From the NCBI GenBank assembly GCA_963742415.1, contig CAVULX010000004.1:576001-640000 (forward strand): DNA of 64,000 bases. Reading direction: 5' to 3'. Position numbers and translations under genes: made by a program. The stretch is from an uncultured Parachlamydiaceae bacterium (GTDB taxonomy: Bacteria; Chlamydiota; Chlamydiia; Chlamydiales; Parachlamydiaceae). The notes below the pieces were generated by a model that had not been told where the DNA came from, searched no databases, and saw nothing but the letters and a program-made list of their open reading frames with translations. The first letter of the stretch is position 1, and each line of letters begins with the position of its first letter. Below are positions 1-8,561 of the stretch, piece by piece.

Positions 1-510
1 GATTCTTGCTTTTGATATCTGGCTTCCCGCTTTGGTGGATGTGTTAATTGACCATTTATTTACGACTCCAAATTGAAAATTTTCTTGACTATGATTTTTA
101 AGAATTAGAGCGGCTTTATATGTTTTTGTAAAAGGTTCTAATTCAATTACTGAACTAAGCTTGATGAAAGCCTGAACATCACCCCTCTCATTACAATGAA
201 AAGTCACTGTAAATGGAACTTTAATGGTTTTATTCCTGCATTCCCAATGTTTCACTATTTGATTTTTTCTGTATTCTATATTTTTTTGGGGAAGAATAGT
301 ACGGATAGTGAGAGAAATTTTTTCTAAAAAGGTTTTGTCTAGCGTAAATCCAAAATGCTGTGCCAAACAATTAAATATGAATTCTGCATCTTTCTCAATG
401 CAATCTAACTTTACTGGAAGGTTTCGGTTAAAGCAACGTTCTTTTTTTTGTGTGATAGGATTAATTACAACATGAACATCGAATGGACTTGATGAAATCG
501 TGTTATTCAT
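1..510 (-). CDS. Hypothetical protein, partial (runs off the left edge)
   Basis: ATG at 510 preceded by AGGAG; frame MNNTISSSPFDVHVVINP... stays open to base 1 by manual translation; absent from the ORF track because no stop falls in the window. Confidence 0.7.
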   Translation of the reverse strand, partial: MNNTISSSPFDVHVVINPITQKKERCFNRNLPVKLDCIEKDAEFIFNCLAQHFGFTLDKTFLEKISLTIRTILPQKNIEYRKNQIVKHWECRNKTIKVPFTVTFHCNERGDVQAFIKLSSVIELEPFTKTYKAALILKNHSQENFQFGVVNKWSINTSTKAGSQISKARI

Positions 511-703
511 GAGCTCTCCTTATAATAGATTTTTTTTATAGCCATGATTGAAACATTTATTTTATAAAAAGCTGATGATGCAAAAAAAATCTAAAAATTC
601 AACAGCAAATTTTTTTACACGTTATTATTTCTCATAACTTCTTGTCTAGAAATAGTTTTATTGCTAGGGTTATCACGAACTCTTTTAATAATTTTGAGGG
701 AAT

Positions 704-1636
704 ATGAAAGACAATAGTAAATTGCTCACAAATCAAACGAAGGGCTCGTGGAAAATTTGGATAGCGGCATTAAGACTTAAATCTATTTCGGCTTCCTTTG
801 CTCCCGTCATCGTAGGAGCTTCCCTCTCTTTGACAACGCAATCTTCAATCGATTGGTTAATTCCTTTAATCGCTGTTGTTTCTTCTTTTTTAATTCAAAT
901 GGGTACCAATCTTATCAACGATGCTTTCGATCACAAAAGGGGGGCTGATGACAAACATAGGCTCGGACCCATTCGACTCGTTCAAAGCAGTTATTTATCT
1001 GCAAAACAAGTTTATTATGCTGGAATTTGCAGTTTTTTACTTGCGCTCTTTTTTGGAATACCCCTTATCCTAAAAGGGGGGATCCCCTTGCTGTTCGTTT
1101 TACTCCTATCATGCGCTTGCGGCTATTTTTATACAGCTGGTCCTAAATCTTTGGCTTATACAGGATTAGGAGACATTTTTGTTTTGATATTCTTTGGAAT
1201 CGTTTTAACATCAGCTGTTTATTTTTTAGAAACAAGCCAAATAACGATGGATCCCATTGTAGCAGGGATCCAAATGGGTTTATTGGCGGTTAATTTGATC
1301 GCAGTGAATAATCTTCGAGATTGTGAAGGGGATGCGCGTGCAAATAAGAGAACTTTGGCTGTTCGTTTTGGAAAAACGTTTGCTCGTTGTGAAATTACAT
1401 TTTGTGTCGTTGCACCGTTTGCGCTTGGTTTATTATATTGGGTAAGCCGAGGGTTCTTGATAGCTGCTTTTCTTCCCCTTGCTGCTTTGCCAATCGCGGT
1501 TACGCTTATTCAAGGAATATGGATTCATCCTCCAGGATTTATCTATAATAAGTTTTTCGGCATAGCTGGAATGCTTCAGCTTCTTTTTGCTATTTTGCTT
1601 TCTTTGGGATTCTGTACTTCAAGATTTCTCTTTTAG
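704..1636 (+). CDS. menA: 1,4-dihydroxy-2-naphthoate polyprenyltransferase
   Basis: UbiA-family motifs NLINDAFDHKRGAD and NNLRDCEGDARANKRTLAVRFG; YTAGP-LAY-GLGD; multiple TM helices. Confidence 0.93.
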   Translation: MKDNSKLLTNQTKGSWKIWIAALRLKSISASFAPVIVGASLSLTTQSSIDWLIPLIAVVSSFLIQMGTNLINDAFDHKRGADDKHRLGPIRLVQSSYLSAKQVYYAGICSFLLALFFGIPLILKGGIPLLFVLLLSCACGYFYTAGPKSLAYTGLGDIFVLIFFGIVLTSAVYFLETSQITMDPIVAGIQMGLLAVNLIAVNNLRDCEGDARANKRTLAVRFGKTFARCEITFCVVAPFALGLLYWVSRGFLIAAFLPLAALPIAVTLIQGIWIHPPGFIYNKFFGIAGMLQLLFAILLSLGFCTSRFLF

Positions 1637-1639
1637 CTA

Positions 1640-1666
1640 TATACCCAAACAAGTCGTTTGGGTATA
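1640..1666 (+). terminator. Hairpin after menA
   Basis: TATACCCAAAC-aagtc-GTTTGGGTATA, a perfect 11-bp stem just after the stop. Confidence 0.6.
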
Positions 1667-1891
1667 CGTTCGGTATATTCCATAACGGGTCCATTTCCTG
1701 CCCATTTTTTTTCTATTAAAGTCAATTATTTGATATAGTTTTTAATTATCATCATAAACATTTCATTAACATATAATTTTTTTGTAGTTGAAAGAAAACT
1801 ACAAAACACTGAAAATAATTTTCTTGTTATTAAAATAAAAATGAAATTTTTTAATAACTCTTATAAAAAGAACAACAAAAAAGGAACTCAA

Positions 1892-2269
1892 ATGAAAATT
1901 TTTTTACTTGGAGTGGCTTTATTAAGTGTTTTCTCTTCTTGCTCTGTCATTATGGCTGCAAGAAAAGAGGGCGTAGGGATCACTAAGATCCAATCCTGCC
2001 ACACACGCGGTCAACTGATTGCCTGTGGTGCAACAATTGTAAGCAGTGATAGACAACCTTCAGGTGAACTTGTCGAAGTGTATCAAATTTTGAAAGAAAG
2101 AGGTTCAGCCGCGAGGGCTCTCATGCACGGAGCTTTAGACGTAAGCACATGCGGAATATGGGAAGTAATTGGGACTCCAATTGAAGCTTGTTCTAATAAA
2201 AAAGAATATTATGCGATTAAAGTTTATTATGATGAACAAGAAGTGATTAAAAAAATGGAATTAATGTAA
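1892..2269 (+). CDS. Putative lipoprotein
   Basis: AAGGA RBS before ATG 1892; signal peptide with lipobox FSSC. Confidence 0.75.
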   Translation: MKIFLLGVALLSVFSSCSVIMAARKEGVGITKIQSCHTRGQLIACGATIVSSDRQPSGELVEVYQILKERGSAARALMHGALDVSTCGIWEVIGTPIEACSNKKEYYAIKVYYDEQEVIKKMELM

Positions 2270-2337
2270 AAATCGAAAAAACCACTGTTAACATCAGTAA
2301 CTTGAGAGAAGTTACTTAGGAGGCAATGAGAAGGAAA

Positions 2338-2480
2338 AACAGGATATACAAGATCGTAAACGGCAGGATAAGCAGGATAAAAGAAAAAACGATGTTTTTG
2401 AACAGTTTTAACTCAATCATATCCGAATATTCTTTCAATATCTTGCTTACCCTGCCGTTTACGATCTTGCATATCCTGTT
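2338..2480. repeat. Palindromic intergenic element, copy A (42-bp arms)
   Basis: Arms 2338-2379 and 2439-2480 match the AACAGGATAAGCATGATCGTAAACGGCAGGATAAGCAGGATA family. Confidence 0.92.
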
Positions 2481-2609
2481 TCTTCTCTGTGCCTAGTTAC
2501 TTAGAAGCCACAAAGATTAGTGCGGCTCACTGGTTTCTTTCGCAGACCTTTGTAGTTTTTTAATACGGCATACGATATATTTGGTTTTGGTCCTAGGAGT
2601 AAATCACTT

Positions 2610-2846
2610 ATGTCGCTGCTGTTTTTAACAATTGCAATTGCTTTTATCATCGTTGTGCTTGCGTTAGTGTTTATGGCGATTGGGTGGCTTTTGACAGGGA
2701 GATCTAAACTTCATCCGGGAGCCTGCGGCCGCAATCCACATCAAAAGCGAAATGAAAAAGAGGGGTGCGGAACGGGAATCAGCTGCAGTTTGTGTGAAAA
2801 AGAGGACCACGATCCAAAAAACGGCAATCAGAAAGGAGGAGATTGA
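2610..2846 (+). CDS. Small membrane protein, NqrM/DUF539-like
   Basis: One TM helix ending MAIG, then GACG and a Cys-rich tail (C..CSLC), resembling NqrM. Confidence 0.55.
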   Translation: MSLLFLTIAIAFIIVVLALVFMAIGWLLTGRSKLHPGACGRNPHQKRNEKEGCGTGISCSLCEKEDHDPKNGNQKGGD

Positions 2847-3565
2847 TGCCTTCCTATGATAAACAATGCCCTGAGAGTATACAGGAGATGTTTGGGAGTA
2901 TTGCTGAGAATTACGATCAAGCCAATACGATACTTTCCATGCGTTTAAATAAAAGGTGGAATAGTCAACTTCTGGACCATGTGACTGCTGTGTGTGAACC
3001 GGAAGTTCTTTTAGATCTTTGTTGCGGCACCGGGGATATTGCCTTTAATTATTTAAAAAATTCTTCTTTGTCTAGGCAGGCTATTCTCTTGGATTTTTGC
3101 CAAGAGATGTTGGAATGCGCCAAGAAAAAGGCCTCCACAATGAATTTCGACCATCATGCAATCACCTACATTCAAGCCGATGCCCAAAAGATTCCGTTGG
3201 AAAATTCTTCAATCTCTTGCGCGACAATGGCTTATGGAATTCGAAATATAAAACATCCACACGAGTGCCTTAGTGAAATATACCGTGTCCTTTCAGATAA
3301 GGGGACTTTTGGACTTTTAGAATTGACCAGGCCTCCCAACCCTTTTTTCCGACTAGGGCATTACGTCTATTTGAAAACGATGATCCCTTTTTTAGGGAGG
3401 TGGATCACATCTAATAGAAAGGCCTATGAGTATTTATGTCAGAGCATTAATACTTTTTATGCTCCAGATGTATTGGAGGATATGTTAAAAAAGGCGGGAT
3501 TTCAAAACATTATTAAAAAACCGGTAACTTTTGGGGTCGCTACGATTTTTGTGGCGCGCAAATAA
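2846..3565 (+). CDS. menG: Demethylmenaquinone methyltransferase (UbiE/MenG)
   Basis: MF-SIA--YD--N, LDLCCGTGD SAM motif, YGIRN, AYEYL. Confidence 0.92.
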   Translation: MPSYDKQCPESIQEMFGSIAENYDQANTILSMRLNKRWNSQLLDHVTAVCEPEVLLDLCCGTGDIAFNYLKNSSLSRQAILLDFCQEMLECAKKKASTMNFDHHAITYIQADAQKIPLENSSISCATMAYGIRNIKHPHECLSEIYRVLSDKGTFGLLELTRPPNPFFRLGHYVYLKTMIPFLGRWITSNRKAYEYLCQSINTFYAPDVLEDMLKKAGFQNIIKKPVTFGVATIFVARK

Positions 3566-3637
3566 ATTTAGGTTCCCATTGACACAAACAGCGATGAGCG
3601 TTAACCTAGAGCTCTTTGCAATCATTTTCAAAATTAA

Positions 3638-3719
3638 GCCCAGGTGGTGGAATTGGTAGACACGCAAGACTTAGGATCTTGTGCCATTTGGTGTGTAGGT
3701 TCGAGTCCTATCCTGGGCA
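3638..3719 (+). tRNA. tRNA-Leu (anticodon TAG)
   Basis: GCCCAGG...CCTGGGC-A acceptor stem, D-loop GGAATTGGTAGAC, anticodon arm CAAGA-CTTAGGA-TCTTG, long variable arm, T-loop GGTTCGAGTCC; CCA not encoded. Confidence 0.96.
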
Positions 3720-3725
3720 CATCCG

Positions 3726-3767
3726 CGGACACTTTCCCGAAAGGGAAGTGTCCTTTATTATTTTAAA
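3726..3767 (+). terminator. Hairpin/terminator after tRNA-Leu; left copy of a 42-bp direct repeat
   Basis: GGACACTTTCCC-GAAA-GGGAAGTGTCC-TTTATT; near-identical copy at 7668-7709. Confidence 0.85.
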
Positions 3768-3975
3768 GGGTTCTCGTAGTGTTATAGACAGCTTTTTGTC
3801 TTTCAACTCCAAGTTCTGAAATACAAAATTCAGAAGATGCCGTTTTTCTTCTAATTCTTAAGAATGACAGTTATCAAGCTATTGTTCGTACAAAGATTAA
3901 TCAATATCGGAAAAAAGAAGAACCGAAAGCTGAATTACTAAATGCTCAAAATCAGCTTGCAGAATCCTTAGTGTA

Positions 3976-4323
3976 ATGGAAAGTATGATTAATGCGTCTA
4001 GTTCCGAAAGAAAGAAGACAAAAAGAAGGGCTTGGATAACGACAATTGCCTATCTCATATTGTTTCCTTTTCTACTCATGTTGGCCTCTGCAAGCGTGAT
4101 GGTTTTCCATCGCCCTAACACATCTATAGCTTTTGGTTTGGGGCTTATATTTATGTATTTTTTGATGCCATTATCAATACCGTGTGCTTTGTATCTTATG
4201 TGGTCTCGGTATTTGCAAGGAGACTATAAGCAAAGTCGACGTTATTATTGGATACCTCTATATGTTATTGGAGCTGTATTGATTAGTTTTGCTTTAATGG
4301 ATGCTATTGAAGGTTTTTTCTAA
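3976..4323 (+). CDS. Hypothetical membrane protein (3 TM)
   Basis: 115-aa ORF with three hydrophobic segments. Confidence 0.6.
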   Translation: MESMINASSSERKKTKRRAWITTIAYLILFPFLLMLASASVMVFHRPNTSIAFGLGLIFMYFLMPLSIPCALYLMWSRYLQGDYKQSRRYYWIPLYVIGAVLISFALMDAIEGFF

Positions 4324-4810
4324 AGAATTTTATGACAAAAAGCATACCCAAAGAATTGCTACCTTGGATCGAAGCCAAAAAGAAACACCGACTCTCTCAA
4401 AAATCGGAGCATCTCTTCACCTGTTTTCTGCTTCTCCTAATATTGATGAAGTTGGTTATAGTAATCATCCACATTTTCATTTTCAATGAATGAGATCATA
4501 TTTTCATATGTTTCTTGGAACATGCGGATTGTATTGGGAATATCGGAATTGCTTGGTTTGTCATTATAGAAATAGGTTCCTGCAAAATACCATTTCCCTT
4601 CCTCCTCGATAACACTATTAATTGCAGCAAAACTTCCTGAATATTCAACTTGTCAATTTGCTCCAAAGTATGCGTCTTATGCCGTTGATAAGAATCAGCT
4701 TCTCACCAGCAAAATTAAGACATCTTTCGCCGGTATGAAAAAATTATTTTCGAAAAATTTTATGAAGTATCGTAATTTAATGTAAGAAACTGTCATTTTA
4801 TGACAATATG

Positions 4811-4839
4811 TTGCAAAAAAATTGAATATTTCATATTCT
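4811..4839 (+). promoter_or_regulatory. Sigma70/66-type promoter of the abiE operon
   Basis: TTGCAA-17 bp-TATTCT, bracketed by two 16-bp repeats (4780-4795, 4841-4856). Confidence 0.5.
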
Positions 4840-4883
4840 TATGTAAGAAGCCGTCAAAAAAACCCAGCTAACAGCAGGTCTTT

Positions 4884-5516
4884 ATGAATAGCAGTTTTCT
4901 TGAAATTTTATTGAATTGGCCAAAGCCTTATGTCTCTGGAATTGATTTGCATCATATTTTGGATAAGTCGCCAGCCTCTCGCCAAGCTATCATTAAAAGA
5001 GCTATCCACAAAGGGTATCTTATCCCCATTCGCAGAGACTTGTATTTAATTAAAAATGCCAAGAAAACTCTCCTGAATTCCTTTGAAATTGCCCCGATTA
5101 TCTATGGCCCTTCTTATGTAAGCTTTGAATCTGCATTAAGCTATCATGGATGGATTCCAGAAGCTGTAAGGACAACAACCTGTGCGTCAGTTAAAAGAGC
5201 TAAAGAATTCGAAACGCCCATTGGAATCTTTTCATATGAACATATTCCAATTAAGGCGTTTTCTTTTGGAGTTGAACAACATCAACAAAATTCCTTAACT
5301 CTATTTATTGCATCTCCTGTGAAAGCTCTTGCTGATATTGTCTATGCAAGAAAACGAACTTGGAACTCAATTAGTGATCTTTCTGAGGATTTTCGTATTG
5401 AAATCGAAAACTTTCAAAATTCCGACAAAAAAGTACTTATTGAACTTATCGAGAATTATCCAAGTCCAAGAGTCAAAAAGATACTCAATGTTTTGCTAAA
5501 AGGATTGCGTCTATGA
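4884..5516 (+). CDS. Type IV TA antitoxin, AbiEi family transcriptional regulator
   Basis: LIPIRRDLY; PSYVSFESALSYHGWIPE; A-P-KALAD; overlaps the toxin start (ATGA). Confidence 0.88.
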   Translation: MNSSFLEILLNWPKPYVSGIDLHHILDKSPASRQAIIKRAIHKGYLIPIRRDLYLIKNAKKTLLNSFEIAPIIYGPSYVSFESALSYHGWIPEAVRTTTCASVKRAKEFETPIGIFSYEHIPIKAFSFGVEQHQQNSLTLFIASPVKALADIVYARKRTWNSISDLSEDFRIEIENFQNSDKKVLIELIENYPSPRVKKILNVLLKGLRL

Positions 5517-6826
5517 CTATCACAATTATTCAAGAACGGCTTAAAAACTACAACTCGCTCTCAAAACAGGAAGAGCTGAGTGCTCTAAAAGAAATTTATC
5601 AAGAAATTGCATTGGCAGGTTTAGCAAGAAGCGATTTTTTTAAACTTGCTGCATTTCAAGGAGGAACCGCTTTAAGAATTGTGCACCAATTAAAACGATT
5701 TTCAGAAGATCTAGATTTTGTGCTTTTAAGACCCTCAGATTCATTTCAATGGCAATCGTATCTCAAGGCCATTGAAATCGAATTTAACTCCTTTGGTGTA
5801 AATCTGGAAATTAAAGAGCGTGCCGCAGCTCAAGGAGCTATAAAGACAGCATTTTTAAAAGAAGACTCCTTTGCTCAAATTCTTGAATTGACTTATGACA
5901 GATTGCCTTCAGATGAACAAAAAATTACAATTAAATTGGAGATTGATACACAACCTCCTGGAGGTTCTAACTTTGAAAATGCCTTTTTAACCTATCCTTA
6001 CCCATTCTCTATTCTCTTACAAGATTTTCCAAGTTTATTTGCAAGCAAATGTCATGCGTTGCTTTGTAGAAAATATGAAAAAGGACGTGATTGGTTTGAT
6101 TTTCTTTGGTATTTGTCGAGAAAAACACCAGTTAATTACCTTTTACTCAAAAATGCACTCTATCAAGCAGGACCCTATAAAGAACAAAAGATACCTTACA
6201 GTAAAAAATGGCTTTGCGAAGCATTTGAAAAAAAAGTCTCTGCCTTAGATTGGAAGTCAGCTAGGCGGGATGTTGAAAATTTTCTTCGACCTGAAGAAAG
6301 AAAATTTGTTGAAAATTGGAGCAGAGAATTATTTCAAAAACAAATCGAAAAAATAGAATTAGTTTTATTTAAAGCAGTGATTTTTAGAATTGCTAACGGC
6401 GCAGCCCCATTGATTGATAACAGACTTTTTTCATCAGCAATTACCGATATCAATGGAGACGATATTGAAAAAATAATTGATTCTGGCACCTATTGGTTCC
6501 AGTCACTTGAAGAAATTGAACTCTTAGACGATCAAAATGAATATTCATGCATTTTCATAAGATTTGATGATCCTGGACATCCAAAAGATATGCACTATCA
6601 CAGGCAAAAAAATCAGGAATTAAAAATAAAGGCTATTCCAGGTAAGACATACGAAATACCAGGATGGTTTATTAAAAATTGGAATTTTCGATCGCAAATT
6701 TACACTAACAATATCTCGCGCGCGCTTTATTGGTTTCAACCCGTCATATTAACCCCAAAAGAAATACAAAAGCAGATTGCTTCATATGCACAAGAAACTG
6801 GAATAGAAAGACACTCAAGATTGTAA
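5513..6826 (+). CDS. AbiEii/AbiGii-family nucleotidyltransferase toxin with ~150-aa C-terminal extension
   Basis: FQGGTALRI...RFSEDLDF, KLEIDT-PP, K-HALL-R...KGRDWFDFLWY. Confidence 0.9.
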   Translation: MTITIIQERLKNYNSLSKQEELSALKEIYQEIALAGLARSDFFKLAAFQGGTALRIVHQLKRFSEDLDFVLLRPSDSFQWQSYLKAIEIEFNSFGVNLEIKERAAAQGAIKTAFLKEDSFAQILELTYDRLPSDEQKITIKLEIDTQPPGGSNFENAFLTYPYPFSILLQDFPSLFASKCHALLCRKYEKGRDWFDFLWYLSRKTPVNYLLLKNALYQAGPYKEQKIPYSKKWLCEAFEKKVSALDWKSARRDVENFLRPEERKFVENWSRELFQKQIEKIELVLFKAVIFRIANGAAPLIDNRLFSSAITDINGDDIEKIIDSGTYWFQSLEEIELLDDQNEYSCIFIRFDDPGHPKDMHYHRQKNQELKIKAIPGKTYEIPGWFIKNWNFRSQIYTNNISRALYWFQPVILTPKEIQKQIASYAQETGIERHSRL

Positions 6827-6829
6827 GGC

Positions 6830-7570
6830 ATGGATTTTTTCGGCAAACACCTTGAATGTCAAAAAGCTGATTGGCAACATCATAAAAAAATCTGTAAATT
6901 AAAAACAAGTGTTGAAGATTCTAAAGAAAGTCAAATAATATTGAAAACAAAATCTTTAAAAAAAACTCTTTCAGATTCTTCTACGATAGAAAGACCTATG
7001 CCAATTCCAGGCTTAAGGCTTATAGAAAATTTCATCTCAGATGATTTGCATAAACGCTTTATCGTACAAATGAATAAAGGTTCTCCTGAAATTAATAATG
7101 GTCATTGCGATGGATATGAATTTGAGGATAGTCAAGCTTTTGATAAAGTATTTTATGAGCTAACAAAAGATGTTTTTTCAAAATTAAAATCATTAAATTC
7201 TTTCTCAACTGAGAAAAAACCTTTAAAGTTAGCTTGCACGTTAGTCGGATATAAGAAGGATGGATTTATAACACAGCATGTTGATTCTCCTTACTTGAGT
7301 GGTGGTACTGTTATAGTAATTAGTTTTAATTCACCGGTAGTGGTTAACTTCTACTCTCAGAAAAAAACAGAAAAACAACAACACAAAATTTTTATTCCTC
7401 CAAAATCTATGTATTCCATTTCTGGAGAAGCTAGATATGAGTGGAGTCATGCCATTCTTAGCGATGAAGATACATATAATTCTGAAAAATTTGATAGAGG
7501 AACTAGATATGCAGTTTTATTTACACCGCCAGGGCCTCTCTACTCAGGATCGGAGTTGTTAGATTACTAA
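6830..7570 (+). CDS. AlkB-like 2OG-Fe(II) dioxygenase with N-terminal partial MYND zinc finger
   Basis: PGL-LIENFIS, HVD, VISF, HAI, RYAVLF; N-terminal CQKADWQHHKKICK. Confidence 0.78.
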   Translation: MDFFGKHLECQKADWQHHKKICKLKTSVEDSKESQIILKTKSLKKTLSDSSTIERPMPIPGLRLIENFISDDLHKRFIVQMNKGSPEINNGHCDGYEFEDSQAFDKVFYELTKDVFSKLKSLNSFSTEKKPLKLACTLVGYKKDGFITQHVDSPYLSGGTVIVISFNSPVVVNFYSQKKTEKQQHKIFIPPKSMYSISGEARYEWSHAILSDEDTYNSEKFDRGTRYAVLFTPPGPLYSGSELLDY

Positions 7571-7667
7571 TCGTTCTCTAATTTCTCGCATTAAGGGAAC
7601 AATTTGAACTTTTGACCGATCGAACTCTTTGAAAGTTCTAAAGCGACCTGAGATCGGCAGGTTCTCT

Positions 7668-7709
7668 CGGACACTTTCCCAAAAGGGAAGTGTCCTTTAT
7701 CATTTTAAA
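7668..7709. repeat. Right copy of the 42-bp hairpin direct repeat (also a likely terminator between convergent genes)
   Basis: 40/42 identical to 3726-3767. Confidence 0.88.
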
Positions 7710-7712
7710 AAG

Positions 7713-8117
7713 TTATCTTTTTTTGAAATCGGCGAAAGATATAGTTAAGCTAGGACATTTTTTAAGAATTTCCTTATCTTCTGTTACAACTACTGTGCTA
7801 AAATTAATAGCTAATGTTATAAAATGGGCGTCATAAACGGAGATTTTGCATTGCATTGAGATCTCTAATGCTTTTTTAGTGTCTACGATGATTTCGTGAT
7901 TTTTTAATTCATCCACAATACATTCAAAATGATGAATGATCTCTTCAGGAGTTCGATGTTCTTTTCTAGCCATTTTCGATAAGACATTTGCGTATTCTGT
8001 TCTCCAAAGTGGAGGGAAAATCCAGTTTGGGTCTTTGGCTAAAATTTCTTGGGCGCTGGATGTTAAGGTTGATTCATTAAAAAGATGGAATATTAAGCAA
8101 GTATCAGCAACAATCAC
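7713..8117 (-). CDS. vapC: PIN-domain toxin (VapC family)
   Basis: MIVADT, E(Y)ANVL, SVYDAHFITLA, VTEDKE acidic PIN motifs. Confidence 0.88.
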   Translation of the reverse strand: MIVADTCLIFHLFNESTLTSSAQEILAKDPNWIFPPLWRTEYANVLSKMARKEHRTPEEIIHHFECIVDELKNHEIIVDTKKALEISMQCKISVYDAHFITLAINFSTVVVTEDKEILKKCPSLTISFADFKKR

Positions 8118-8347
8118 TTCCGCCCCTCTTTGATTGCTTTTTCAATAAATTCATTGGAAACTTTTTTCTTCCACTTAAAGGGAATTGGTTTTCTCACAGG
8201 GCTTTGCAAAGATAAGCCGTTAGTAAGAGCCACTATTGCTTCTTGAGTTTTACTACGATGATGTTCTTTTGCGGCTTTTTCTAACTGCAAATATATTTCA
8301 ATAGGCACATTTCTTATTAAAAGGTCCCGCGTTTGTTTCTGCTTCAT
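8114..8347 (-). CDS. Ribbon-helix-helix antitoxin (FitA/VapB-like)
   Basis: LLIRNVP-EIY--L---A--HHRS; overlaps the vapC start. Confidence 0.85.
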   Translation of the reverse strand: MKQKQTRDLLIRNVPIEIYLQLEKAAKEHHRSKTQEAIVALTNGLSLQSPVRKPIPFKWKKKVSNEFIEKAIKEGRK

Positions 8348-8561
8348 AAAAAACTCCTTTGCATTATGATATCATTTTGATATCTTTAATAACAAGAAAA
8401 TTGCTTCTAGATAGGGTCTTGTTCAATTTTTCCATTGAACCTGATTAGATCGCCACCGTTATCAAATTTTTTTATTTTTTCACTTTCTTCTTTTTGCCCC
8501 TTACGTTATACATCAATTTTATTTTTTAAGTTTTCTCAAAACAAACACAGGAAGCTGCCCT

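Noticed and set aside
3616..3819. 67-aa ORF
   Set aside because: Overlaps tRNA-Leu and its terminator
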